Source: Candidatus Omnitrophota bacterium
GTDB taxonomy: Bacteria > Omnitrophota > Gorgyraeia > Zapsychrales > JBAZNR01
Direction: 5' to 3'
Assembly (NCBI GenBank): GCA_041649175.1
Contig: JBAZNR010000001.1
Span: forward strand, 71,461-135,460
Length of the DNA stretch: 64,000 nucleotides
A model generated the notes under the pieces. The model was not told where the DNA came from. It ran no database searches and saw only the letters and a program-made list of their open reading frames with translations. Shown here piece by piece: positions 39,488 to 48,293 of the stretch. How positions within the stretch are numbered: position 1 is the stretch's first letter; each line of letters opens with the position of its first letter. A program made the translations under genes and the position numbers.

Positions 39488-40606
39488 CTAACCTTTCGAA
39501 TGATAAACTTCACCATAAACTTTTAATGTCTCTTCGGCTGTTTTCAAAAAAGAAAAATCTTTTGCCCGCACCCTTGCTTTTTGCTGAAGGTTTTCTTTTA
39601 AGCGTTGATCACCGATAGTCTGGGCCATCGCATCCGCGATGGCCCGAGGATCCATAGGATCTACGGTTAAAGCAGCACCGCCAGCAATTTCCGGGCAAGA
39701 AGACACATTAGACGTAATAACCGCCGCGCCGCAACTAAACGCTTCCACAATAGGAAATCCAAAACCTTCATAGAGAGATGGAAAAACAAATACTTCCGCT
39801 AAATTATAAAGATATCTAAGTTCTTCGTCGGTCAAATAGCCCAAAAAGACTACATCATTTTTTAGTTTCAGATGATCAACGAAATAATAAATACTTTCAT
39901 TCATCCAGCCTGACATTCCGGCAATCACCAGCTTTCCGTTAAATTGTTTCTTTTCCTTAAGAAAGAAAAAAGCGCGAATAAGATTGTTAAGATTTTTTCT
40001 AGGTTCAATGGTCCCGACAAAAAATATGAACGGATCGCTGATCCCCTTTTCTTCGATCACCTTTTTTGCTTTTTGCCTTTGTTCGCTATCAAGAGGGTAA
40101 AAAATATTCTTATCAACACCTTGATGGACCATGCAAATCTTACTTTTATCAACAGAAAAATAACGCTCTAGATCATCCATGGTGCTTTGCGAGCAACAGA
40201 TGATCTTTGAGGCCTTTAAAACAGCTTCGTGAATATGGCGATCTGTTATTTCAATGGTGCTCTGCGTATGACTTTGTGGAAAGGCCTTATAAATAAGATC
40301 ATGGACGGTAACAACAATTTTGGCTTTCTCGATCGGAAGACTGTCGGGGCTGGGTGAATGATAAATATCAATGGCGCCTAAAGTCTCTTGAAGGCCACGA
40401 TTGAACCGGTCGATCTTAACAGAGAAATTCTTTTGGGTAAAAACGGGGGTCTTTCTTTTTGTGTCGAAGAGTTTCTTTTGAACGTAAAGCAGATATTCGT
40501 TTTGAGGATCGATCTGGCTTAAAGTATTCACCAGATTGTGCGCATAGCGGCCGATGCCGGTATATTTCTTATTTAAAAAGGAGCGGCAGTTGATCGCCAC
40601 GCGCAT
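39488..40606 (-). CDS. GT4-family glycosyltransferase
   Basis: EGFGFPIVEAFSCGAAVITSNVSSCPEIAG. Confidence 0.8.
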   Translation of the reverse strand: MRVAINCRSFLNKKYTGIGRYAHNLVNTLSQIDPQNEYLLYVQKKLFDTKRKTPVFTQKNFSVKIDRFNRGLQETLGAIDIYHSPSPDSLPIEKAKIVVTVHDLIYKAFPQSHTQSTIEITDRHIHEAVLKASKIICCSQSTMDDLERYFSVDKSKICMVHQGVDKNIFYPLDSEQRQKAKKVIEEKGISDPFIFFVGTIEPRKNLNNLIRAFFFLKEKKQFNGKLVIAGMSGWMNESIYYFVDHLKLKNDVVFLGYLTDEELRYLYNLAEVFVFPSLYEGFGFPIVEAFSCGAAVITSNVSSCPEIAGGAALTVDPMDPRAIADAMAQTIGDQRLKENLQQKARVRAKDFSFLKTAEETLKVYGEVYHSKG

Positions 40607-40610
40607 ACGG

Positions 40611-41753
40611 CTATTTTCCTTTTGATTTTAGGAATTTTTTAATTACTTCGATGACATATTTAAGATTTTCAATGCCTAAATCTTGGTGAACACCGATATG
40701 AAAACCATAATTGCCGAAATATTCAGCCTGAGGAAAATCACCCAATTTATAGCCTAAGAATTTATACCCCGGACATTGGGTCGGCATGGAATAAAAAAGA
40801 TTGCGGGAATCAATTCCGGCTTTATCAATATACGCGACAATTTCATCTCTGGTAAATGGCGCTTCTTCCGTTAAAGTCACCGGAAAAGCATGCGGCCCAA
40901 GCTTCTCATAGGGCTCTTCTTGAATAGAAAAAAGATAACGGTCAAATTGCTTGAAATTCTCGATAAGAAATTTCATATTCCGACGGCGCTTAGCGAGGAT
41001 CTTCGAAAATATCTTTATATTGCCCAGCCCAACAGCCGCTTCGATCTCATTCATTTTCGAAGAAAATCCCACGCGCTTAAAAACAAATTTATGTTCCATG
41101 CCGTGATTGCGCAGTGACCTTAAAATTCCCGCCAAACGGCTGTCATTGGTTGTGATGATCCCGCCTTCAATGGTCGTAACAATGTGCGCCGCATAAAGGC
41201 TAAACGCCGCCATATCCCCAATTGAGCCTATCAATTGGCCGCGATACTCGGCTCCATGAGCCTCCGCGGCATCTTCGATAACGAAAAGTTTATATTTCTT
41301 AGCGAGCGCCATGATCTTGCCCATGTCAGCGGGTTTTCCCATCAAATGAACCGGCATAATAGCTCTTGTCTTGGGCGTGATCGCGGCTTCGATTTTTTCG
41401 GGATTAATATTAAGTGTTTTTCGCTCAACATCCACAAAAACCGGATTAAATCCCGCGTTTAAAACAGCATTGCCGGTGGCTATAAAAGATAGCGCCGGAA
41501 TAATGACCTCATCTCCTCGTTTGGCTCCAAAATCATAAAGTGTCGCCAAAGCTAAAGTATCGGCGTCGGTTCCACTACTGACCGCAACGGCTTCTTTGAC
41601 GCCGAAAAGTTTCGCGAATTTTTCTTCAAAAGAGCGAACGTATTGCCCTTGCGTCACCCACTTTGTTTTTAAAGCTTTGTCGATAAGTTTACGTGCATCA
41701 CTGGTGACCGAAACAGTTCCGAAAGGAACTCGATAATTTGTTTTATGCGCCAT
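40611..41753 (-). CDS. DegT/DnrJ/EryC1/StrS-family sugar aminotransferase
   Basis: VSSGTDADTLALATLYDFGAKRGDEVIIPALSFIATGNAV...AAFSLYAAHIVTTIEGG. Confidence 0.8.
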   Translation of the reverse strand: MAHKTNYRVPFGTVSVTSDARKLIDKALKTKWVTQGQYVRSFEEKFAKLFGVKEAVAVSSGTDADTLALATLYDFGAKRGDEVIIPALSFIATGNAVLNAGFNPVFVDVERKTLNINPEKIEAAITPKTRAIMPVHLMGKPADMGKIMALAKKYKLFVIEDAAEAHGAEYRGQLIGSIGDMAAFSLYAAHIVTTIEGGIITTNDSRLAGILRSLRNHGMEHKFVFKRVGFSSKMNEIEAAVGLGNIKIFSKILAKRRRNMKFLIENFKQFDRYLFSIQEEPYEKLGPHAFPVTLTEEAPFTRDEIVAYIDKAGIDSRNLFYSMPTQCPGYKFLGYKLGDFPQAEYFGNYGFHIGVHQDLGIENLKYVIEVIKKFLKSKGK

Positions 41754-42468
41754 GGATACCTGCTTTTCTTAGGAATTGTTGTACTTGGTTATAACGTTCG
41801 GGGGTCCCAATATCGATAAATTCCCCTTTGGCCATATAGGCGAAAAATTCTTCACCGATCAGCTTCGGGAAAAAATCATATTCAATGGAAAATTGTTCGC
41901 TTGTTTTCACAGAAGAGAAGATGTTCTTGTTCAAACAATACGTCCCGGTGTTTACGTAAGCGGATTTACCGGAGGCTATTTTTTCCTTAAAAGCTAAGAT
42001 CCGATTGTTGTGATCAAATTCAATGGTCCCAAAATCACCGCTTTCCAGAACCTTATTAACGGCAATCGTTGCTACAGCTTTATGGCTTTCATGAAACTTG
42101 GCCAGATCCTTGTACTCTAAAGTGCAAAAACAATCCCCGTTCATGGCGATAAAATGTTCGCTTTGAACAAGCGATGCTCCCTTTTTGATAGCACCGCCTG
42201 TCCCCAGGGGGCTTTCTTCTCGAGAAAAAACAATATCTAAATGTTGAAATGTTTTTTTAAAATACGCTTCAATGACATCAGCGCCGTATCCGGTGCATAA
42301 AATAAACCGCTTCCCGCCTTGCGCGGCAATATAGTCGATCAGGACATTTAAAAATGGTTTTCCGTTAACCTCGGCAAGAACCTTGGGCGCATCGCCTGTC
42401 ACAGAGCGCAGGCGCTTTCCCAGTCCACCGCAAAGAATAACAAAATCTATTTTTGATAAATTGTTCAC
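41743..42468 (-). CDS. hddC: sugar-1-phosphate nucleotidyltransferase (HddC-like, D-glycero-D-manno-heptose-1-P guanylyltransferase suspected)
   Basis: IDFVILCGGLGKRLRSVTGDAPKVLAEVNGKPFL. It lies next to the GHMP heptose kinase and gmhB. Confidence 0.65.
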   Translation of the reverse strand: MNNLSKIDFVILCGGLGKRLRSVTGDAPKVLAEVNGKPFLNVLIDYIAAQGGKRFILCTGYGADVIEAYFKKTFQHLDIVFSREESPLGTGGAIKKGASLVQSEHFIAMNGDCFCTLEYKDLAKFHESHKAVATIAVNKVLESGDFGTIEFDHNNRILAFKEKIASGKSAYVNTGTYCLNKNIFSSVKTSEQFSIEYDFFPKLIGEEFFAYMAKGEFIDIGTPERYNQVQQFLRKAGIHGA

Positions 42469-42479
42469 AGGAAAGTTTT

Positions 42480-43484
42480 TTAGCGAACCTTGCCGCTATC
42501 GGGCTGATAGAAGATGATCTGACTTCCTAAGCTTTCAAAGCGAAAAGGAATTTCTAAATATTTCTTTAGCTTTTCTCGGATCTTTTTTTGTTTTTCAGGC
42601 TGTGCGAACAGAAGAACGAAGCCGCCGCCGCCAGCGCCTAATAATTTTCCACCCAAAGCCCCTGCCCGGCGAGCTGTATTGTATAATTCATCAATTTGAG
42701 GAGTGGTGATCTTATCGGAAAGGCTGCGCTTCAATTTCCAGCTTTCATGAAGAAGTTTTCCGAAACGCGAAAGATCTTTTCCCTCCACAATATCAAACGC
42801 CTCTTTGACCATCTCTTGCATGGCCCCCAGCTCTTTTCTTTTACTAGGGATATTTTTTATTTGATGTTCGGCGATCTCGGAGGCCATCCGCGAAAATCCC
42901 GTAAAAAACATCATCAAATGATCTTGCAAAGACTGCAGCCGTTCTTGCGGAATAGTGATCTTTCGGACAGACAAGTGACTGCTTCCGCCAAATTCAATAT
43001 AGTTAAATCCGCCATAAGCCGCTAATGTTTGATCTTGGCATCCGACATTTTCTTTGCATTTTTTCTGCTCGATATAGATCGCCTCTTTGGCTAAACGCTC
43101 TTTGGTCGGCATGGTTCCTTTAAGAGCATACAAGGCATTCAGAAGCCCAACGGTAAACGATGAGCTGGAACCGAGTCCAGTGCGCGCCGGTAAATCACCG
43201 TCGTGATGGATTTCGATCCCTTCTTTGATCTTTAAGAATTTTAAAACTTCACGAACCGCCGGATGGCGAATATCTTCAGTTTCCTGAATATGTTCAATCA
43301 CAGAATAAATAATGCGGGATTTGTGCTCAAAAAATGGCGGTAAATGGCGGCATGTAATATAACAATATTTATCAATGGTGGTCGCTAAAACAGCGCCTTT
43401 ATTTTCCTTGAACCAATCAGGATAATCGGTGCCGCCGCCAAAAAAAGAAACACGAAAAGGTGTCCGGCTAATGATCATACACAA
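42480..43484 (-). CDS. hddA: GHMP-family sugar kinase (HddA-like, D-glycero-D-manno-heptose-7-P kinase)
   Basis: ISRTPFRVSFFGGGTDYPDW...PARTGLGSSSSF (GHMP motif II). Confidence 0.7.
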   Translation of the reverse strand: MCMIISRTPFRVSFFGGGTDYPDWFKENKGAVLATTIDKYCYITCRHLPPFFEHKSRIIYSVIEHIQETEDIRHPAVREVLKFLKIKEGIEIHHDGDLPARTGLGSSSSFTVGLLNALYALKGTMPTKERLAKEAIYIEQKKCKENVGCQDQTLAAYGGFNYIEFGGSSHLSVRKITIPQERLQSLQDHLMMFFTGFSRMASEIAEHQIKNIPSKRKELGAMQEMVKEAFDIVEGKDLSRFGKLLHESWKLKRSLSDKITTPQIDELYNTARRAGALGGKLLGAGGGGFVLLFAQPEKQKKIREKLKKYLEIPFRFESLGSQIIFYQPDSGKVR

Positions 43485-44986
43485 ACCCTTTCTTCAAGAA
43501 TTTTACGGCGTAATTTTATTTTGGTTGATTTTAACGTTTCGTCGACGGCTGTTTGTCCAAATTTGTCTTTGAGTAAAGCGAGAAATTTTGGGTTGGTATG
43601 GTAAGTATGCCACGCTTTATCACGAAATTCCAAAACCTGTTCGGCGCTTAAATATTTTGTCGGCAAAGGCTGGCACGCATAAGAATGTTGGGAAAATCCC
43701 GCGTATGTATCAGGCAATTTCCACCCTTCTTTCTTGGCAATTCCATATAAAGGGCTGCCCGGATAAGCCATGGCAGAGTAAAAGTTCGCCATTTCCGTAT
43801 TAAGCTCAAGGGCTAGGTCAAGTGTCGCTTGCATGGTTTCAAGATTATCCTCGGGAAGTCCAAAAATATAATTCGCGGCAACATTGATGCCGTGATCGCG
43901 GATCTTTTTGACAATACCTCGGATATCAACATCTTCGAACCGCCCCTTAGTGACATCTTTTCTTACCTTAGTATTGCCGCTTTCAATGCCGAGTGCCAGA
44001 TAATTAATGCCGGCTTTTTTAAGAGTTTCCAAATACTGTTCTTTGACCGTATCAATACGCGAATAACACCAAATATTAAACTGATAATCACGCTCAATAA
44101 GCAGTTCACATAAACGCATAAAATGATTCGTGTTTAAAACAAAAAGTTCGTCAGCGATCTTAATATTTCGAATGCCAAGTGTTTGCAGTTTATCAAATTC
44201 CTTAACAATGAATTCCGGATCCCAATACCTAAAAACCGCGCTTCCATCGGAATATTCATTTTCCTGCCGATTGATGATGTTGATCATGCAAAAAGAACAT
44301 TTCATCGGGCAACCCAAGCTCGTATAGATCGCCCCGAAAGGTTCCCGGTCGGCGCTATTAGGAAGCGAGTGCCAAAGCGCCGTGCGATATCTGGACATAG
44401 ATAATTTATCCCAGGCAACGCCGGGCAATTCAGTTGCCAGATCTTCCTTGGACACGATCGGCGACGGGCTATTAAGAACGATTTTCCCATCTTGACGATA
44501 CCCTAGCCCAAGAACTTGGTCCAACTTATCTTCCAAATTAGTTTTAAGAAGATTGGAAATAGTGTAGACGCCTTCATTCTGGCAAACCATATCAATATAG
44601 GGATGTTTTTCAAGGACTTCGCGCGATAAAGCGCTGACATGCCCGCCGACAAAAAGTATTTTGATTTCCGGAGAATTTTTCTTGAGCTCTTCCGCTAAAG
44701 AAACAGCCCCATCCATATTTTGCGAACTGGCGCTGGGTTGTTGCCCGTAAACAACAAAACAGGCAACCTTGGGGTTAAAACCTTTGATCATCATCGCCGC
44801 GTGAAAATCATCCAGGCGCAAGGCTTCACAGTCTAAAATCTCGGCGCTAAACCCTTTTTTAAGGCAATGATTGGCTAACATCCCCGCCCAAATAGGCGGC
44901 TCAATGGCGGAATAATATTTGCTAAGCCCCTGATAAATTTTCTCGGAGGCATTAGGCTGGATAAAAAGAATATCGAGTTGCTTCAT
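43475..44986 (-). CDS. B12-binding radical SAM enzyme (class B; methyltransferase-like)
   Basis: N-terminal Rossmann-like B12-binding domain (ILFIQPNA...EILDCEA); TSLGCPMKCSFCMI CxxxCxxC; 503 aa. Confidence 0.8.
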   Translation of the reverse strand: MKQLDILFIQPNASEKIYQGLSKYYSAIEPPIWAGMLANHCLKKGFSAEILDCEALRLDDFHAAMMIKGFNPKVACFVVYGQQPSASSQNMDGAVSLAEELKKNSPEIKILFVGGHVSALSREVLEKHPYIDMVCQNEGVYTISNLLKTNLEDKLDQVLGLGYRQDGKIVLNSPSPIVSKEDLATELPGVAWDKLSMSRYRTALWHSLPNSADREPFGAIYTSLGCPMKCSFCMINIINRQENEYSDGSAVFRYWDPEFIVKEFDKLQTLGIRNIKIADELFVLNTNHFMRLCELLIERDYQFNIWCYSRIDTVKEQYLETLKKAGINYLALGIESGNTKVRKDVTKGRFEDVDIRGIVKKIRDHGINVAANYIFGLPEDNLETMQATLDLALELNTEMANFYSAMAYPGSPLYGIAKKEGWKLPDTYAGFSQHSYACQPLPTKYLSAEQVLEFRDKAWHTYHTNPKFLALLKDKFGQTAVDETLKSTKIKLRRKILEERVCV

Positions 44987-44998
44987 GAATTAAAAACC

Positions 44999-45931
44999 TT
45001 ATATATTGGCGTATTGGTTACGTTTGATGACCTGATAACCCTTAATAAGCTCTTGAATACCTTTAGAGATCGAAACATCCGGTTTAAAACCGGTTTTTTC
45101 GATCTTTTCGTTACTGACGATGTAATCACGTTTATCGGGATCTTCGCCTATTTTAGATTCAACAAAATAGAATTCCTTAACATGTTTCTTGATCTCTTCG
45201 CAAAGTTCTAATTTACTTAAATTCGCATCACTTAAGCCAACATTGTAAGGCTCATTTTTCATCTTGTCAAAATTGTTAAGTGAATGGATAAAGGCTTTAG
45301 TGATATCGCGCACATGAATATAGTTACGCTTAAAATGGGCTTCGAATAAAACGACAAAACGGTCAAAAACCGCGCGATAAACAAAATCATTCACCAGTAA
45401 ATCCAAGCGCATGCGCGGACTAACGCCAAAGGCCGTTGCTAAACGCAATGTAATTCCATGGCCGGAATTAAGGATCGTTTCTTCTGCCTGAACTTTAAGC
45501 TTTCCATATAAAGAAACAGGACGAAGCGGAGTTTGCTCGGTGCAAAACTTTCCTTTTTCTCCGATGCCATAACCGCTATTGGTCGTCGGAAAAATAAGGA
45601 TTTGATTTTTACTTGTCATGTCGACGATCGTTTTAACGGCATCCGCTAAAATAGTTTGCGCACCAACGGGGTCTTTGGCGCATAACGGCGCGCCTGTCAA
45701 GCAGGCCAAGGGGAAAATAGCGTCAGATTGCTTAACCAATTTCTCCATTAAATTCTTATCGCGCGTATCACCGCGAATGATCGTTAAATTGTCGCTATGA
45801 CAACAATCTAAAAGCGACGGTTGATTATACATAAAATTATCCAAGGCAATGACTTGATGATTTTCCTTGAGCAAGGCCGGTGTTAAAACCGAGCCGATGT
45901 ACCCCGCTGCGCCTGTTACCAAGATTTTCAT
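44999..45931 (-). CDS. NAD-dependent nucleotide-sugar epimerase/dehydratase (SDR)
   Basis: MKILVTGAAGYIGSVL...YGKLKVQAE (YxxxK). Start at MKILVTG, making an ATGA overlap with the fcl stop; the longer ORF runs to 45967. Confidence 0.75.
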   Translation of the reverse strand: MKILVTGAAGYIGSVLTPALLKENHQVIALDNFMYNQPSLLDCCHSDNLTIIRGDTRDKNLMEKLVKQSDAIFPLACLTGAPLCAKDPVGAQTILADAVKTIVDMTSKNQILIFPTTNSGYGIGEKGKFCTEQTPLRPVSLYGKLKVQAEETILNSGHGITLRLATAFGVSPRMRLDLLVNDFVYRAVFDRFVVLFEAHFKRNYIHVRDITKAFIHSLNNFDKMKNEPYNVGLSDANLSKLELCEEIKKHVKEFYFVESKIGEDPDKRDYIVSNEKIEKTGFKPDVSISKGIQELIKGYQVIKRNQYANI

Positions 45932-46872
45932 TTTTTTAACTCCGCTGTTTTTTGTTTTAAATACCAATCGTATGTTTTTGTGATGCCTTCTTTTAAATCG
46001 ACCTTTGGTTTCCAGCCTAATTTTTCAATCTTTTGATTATCCAACAATTTACGCATCGTTCCATCGGGCTTCGTCTTGTCAAAAATAATCTCCCCTTTAA
46101 ACCCGGATATATCCGCGATCAACGAAGCTAGCTCTTTGATGGAAACATCTCTCCCGCAACCAATATTGATCGGCTCCTCATCTTTGTATTTTTCCATTAA
46201 AAATAAACAGCTTTCAACAAAATCATCCGCGTAAATAAATTCCCGTTGTGGTTTTCCCGTCCCCCAGACTACAACGCTTTTTTCATTACGCAATTTGGCT
46301 TCGGTAAATTTCCCGATGAGCGCCCCAATAACATGCGCTGTTTCTTGATTGGCATCACTTCCGGGGCCGTAAATCGTCGCTGGAATTGCAACGATCGCGT
46401 CAAATTTGTATTGCCGCTGATAAGCTTGACAAAGCTTTATTCCGGCGATCTTGGCCACCGAATAGGCTTCACTCGTTTCTTCCAGGGGTCCTGTTAACAA
46501 ATATTTTTCTTTGATGGGCTGTAAACTTTCTTTAGGGTAAACGCAAGAGCCAGCCAAAAACAAAAGCTTTTTAACTCCAAAAGTATACGCCGCATGAACG
46601 ATATTGTTCTGAGCTTCTAGATTTTCGTAAATAAATTCGGCGGAAAATTTTTGATTAGCGGCAATTCCACCGGAACGCACCGAGCCCAAGAAAACATATT
46701 CCGGCCTTTTTTCTTCAAAGAACTTTTTTACGTTTGCCTGATTTAAAACATCCCACCCGATCATCCCGGATAAAAAAACATGATCAAATCCCTGTCGGGC
46801 AAAATACGACCCTAAGGAGTTTTCAATAACGTCTTGATGGCCGATAACTAGGATTTTACTACTTTTTTGCAT
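45928..46872 (-). CDS. fcl: GDP-L-fucose synthase (GDP-4-keto-6-deoxy-D-mannose 3,5-epimerase/4-reductase)
   Basis: KILVIGHQDVIENSLGSY...LFLAGSCVYPK...YSVAKIAG is the typical Fcl/WcaG signature. Confidence 0.8.
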   Translation of the reverse strand: MQKSSKILVIGHQDVIENSLGSYFARQGFDHVFLSGMIGWDVLNQANVKKFFEEKRPEYVFLGSVRSGGIAANQKFSAEFIYENLEAQNNIVHAAYTFGVKKLLFLAGSCVYPKESLQPIKEKYLLTGPLEETSEAYSVAKIAGIKLCQAYQRQYKFDAIVAIPATIYGPGSDANQETAHVIGALIGKFTEAKLRNEKSVVVWGTGKPQREFIYADDFVESCLFLMEKYKDEEPINIGCGRDVSIKELASLIADISGFKGEIIFDKTKPDGTMRKLLDNQKIEKLGWKPKVDLKEGITKTYDWYLKQKTAELKK

Positions 46873-46875
46873 GAA

Positions 46876-47412
46876 CTACTTTTGATTATAGAAGTTTCCG
46901 TGTTCTATCAGAAGAGTGGATTTATTATCTTTGCGCTCAAAGGCATGTTTGTAGGCCGGAAAAATATCTTCCGGTTCATTGAGCTCAACAACATCAATGG
47001 TGGTAAACATTTTTCTAAAGGCATCCGCGTAGTTTCCGACGTGCTGATGGCCGGGATGCACGGGGCTATCGGGTCCGGTTGCCACCCGAATTAAGACTTT
47101 AGGAATCAACTGATTAGCGCTGATCGCCGGTATTTTATCCAGCATATTGACCATATCTGAAACCGCAATGAGCAGAAAATTTTGCCGCGGATAAACCGAG
47201 ATAGGAATATACCCCGCTAGGGATAATCCGATCGTAAATTGCATTTGAAAACTTTCATTGATCGGCATTTCTAAAGTCCGCTCGGGCGATACATCGCGAA
47301 GCGTTTGGAACATAAAAGTCCCTGGCCCGGCAACAGTTTGCCCGACAAAAATAGACTTAGGCTGCTGGGCCAACCATTCCATCGTGCGTTTTAATTCGTC
47401 AAAATATTTCAT
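46876..47412 (-). CDS. thiamine-diphosphate enzyme, pyrimidine-binding subunit (E1-beta / transketolase C-section-like, minimal)
   Basis: 178 aa; Pyr-domain-like; lacks the C-terminal TK_C domain of canonical E1-beta. Confidence 0.6.
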   Translation of the reverse strand: MKYFDELKRTMEWLAQQPKSIFVGQTVAGPGTFMFQTLRDVSPERTLEMPINESFQMQFTIGLSLAGYIPISVYPRQNFLLIAVSDMVNMLDKIPAISANQLIPKVLIRVATGPDSPVHPGHQHVGNYADAFRKMFTTIDVVELNEPEDIFPAYKHAFERKDNKSTLLIEHGNFYNQK

Positions 47413-47413
47413 A

Positions 47414-48025
47414 TTAAAATTTAATGAGTTTTCCTAGCCCAGAATGCGGATAACCGTTTAGATATTTAAAATAGATGATCTTGGATTCAAATTTTGTATC
47501 TTTAAACCACGGCTCAGCGCAATTCCAGACTTCTCTGGTTTTTGTCATAACGCTAAGCCCATTATCGCAAACAATGAATTTAACCGGCAGGTCAAAGTGG
47601 ACGGCGTATTTCACCGATTCGTGAAAAATCCCCGTTTCAGCTGACATATCACCGCAAAAAATGTAGGCTTTTCCTTTTTTTCCTTGGCGTTTTAAAGCCC
47701 ATGCAACGCCGACCGCTGTTCCTAAAAGGCTTCCGACAATACCTGAACAGAGAATTTTCTGCCCCGGAAAACACAAAGAAATGCTTTTGCCTTCCTGAAT
47801 AGCCTTCTTAAGCTCTTCGCGCCCAACCCCTTTTAGAAGAGCCAGTTCGTGAGAATCCCAGAAGCCGAAGACATAGTCATCCGAGCCAATGGCATTTTCC
47901 TTAAAAATCCGGATGAGCTCGTCTTCCCGCCCGGCACGTAAATGGACAGGAGCCCGAATACTGCCAGTGGCAAAAATGTCGGCTATTTCCTTCTCAAAGC
48001 TGATGATTTCTTCTTTGGTAACCAT
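47414..48025 (-). CDS. thiamine-diphosphate enzyme, PP-binding subunit (E1-alpha-like, minimal)
   Basis: CGDMSAETGIFHESVKYAVHFDLPVKFIVCDNGLSV matches the GDG-X25-30-NN TPP motif and aligns with E1-alpha GDGA...FVCENNQYAM. The printed sequence has an extra C at 48000/48001 relative to the ORF track. Confidence 0.65.
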   Translation of the reverse strand: MVTKEEIISFEKEIADIFATGSIRAPVHLRAGREDELIRIFKENAIGSDDYVFGFWDSHELALLKGVGREELKKAIQEGKSISLCFPGQKILCSGIVGSLLGTAVGVAWALKRQGKKGKAYIFCGDMSAETGIFHESVKYAVHFDLPVKFIVCDNGLSVMTKTREVWNCAEPWFKDTKFESKIIYFKYLNGYPHSGLGKLIKF

Positions 48026-48058
48026 AGCAATTTAGACGTTTTAATGAAACGATAGTGT

Positions 48059-48087
48059 AGTATAGCGAAAACTTATCCTAAACTCAA
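48059..48087 (-). promoter_or_regulatory. candidate internal sigma70-type promoter (TTGAGT-17 nt-TATACT) upstream of the E1-alpha-like gene
   Basis: The minus-strand read is TTGAGTttaggataagttttcgcTATACTacactatcg..., 27 nt upstream of the ATG. It lies in the only large gap (about 270 bp) of the glycan operon. Confidence 0.3.
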
Positions 48088-48111
48088 ATAATAATATTTG
48101 GATTTTAGGGC

Positions 48112-48270
48112 CTAAAATAAGGCGTAGATAAACGGAGCTACGGCCGAACTTTGGGCCAAGATCATTAGCGATCCTAGCAGAATAAGGACTACAACGATCG
48201 GCATCAGCCAATACTTCTTTCTCACGCTTAAAAATTCCCATAATTCTTTCAGAATAGACAACTTCGACAT
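48112..48270 (-). CDS. small membrane protein, DUF5989/SxtK-like (52 aa; below the ORF-track length cut-off)
   Basis: Hand-translated as MSKLSILKELWEFLSVRKKYWLMPIVVVLILLGSLMILAQSSAVAPFIYALF*. AGGAGA sits 7 nt upstream of the ATG. There is one TM helix and a C-terminal APFIY(T/A)LF-type motif recalled from DUF5989 proteins. Coordinates are within 1 nt. Confidence 0.55.
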   Translation of the reverse strand: MSKLSILKELWEFLSVRKKYWLMPIVVVLILLGSLMILAQSSAVAPFIYALF

Positions 48271-48293
48271 GAATAGCTCTCCTTTTTTATTTC

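Noticed and set aside
47990-48010. Apparent premature stop in the E1-alpha-like gene when translating the printed text (...aaagc/ctgatg... gives I-I-R-L-stop)
   Set aside because: The ORF track translates this region as ...IISFEKEI with no stop, so the printed text carries one extra C at the 48000/48001 line junction. Similar 1-nt offsets occur near 48295 and 60402. It is treated as a text/coordinate artefact rather than a pseudogene, and coordinates derived from the printed text may be off by 1.
46876-48025. Interpretation of the split TPP enzyme as sulfopyruvate/phosphonopyruvate decarboxylase (phosphonate decoration)
   Set aside because: The domain order is PP then Pyr (E1/transketolase-like), not Pyr then PP, and no PEP mutase or AEP transaminase is present in the window. 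It is kept only as an alternative to be excluded by HMM search.
48041-48241. 66-aa ORF given in the ORF track (minus strand) in the 270-bp gap
   Set aside because: It has no RBS and overlaps the predicted internal promoter. The same region in another frame encodes a much more convincing 52-aa RBS-preceded membrane ORF (48112-48270).
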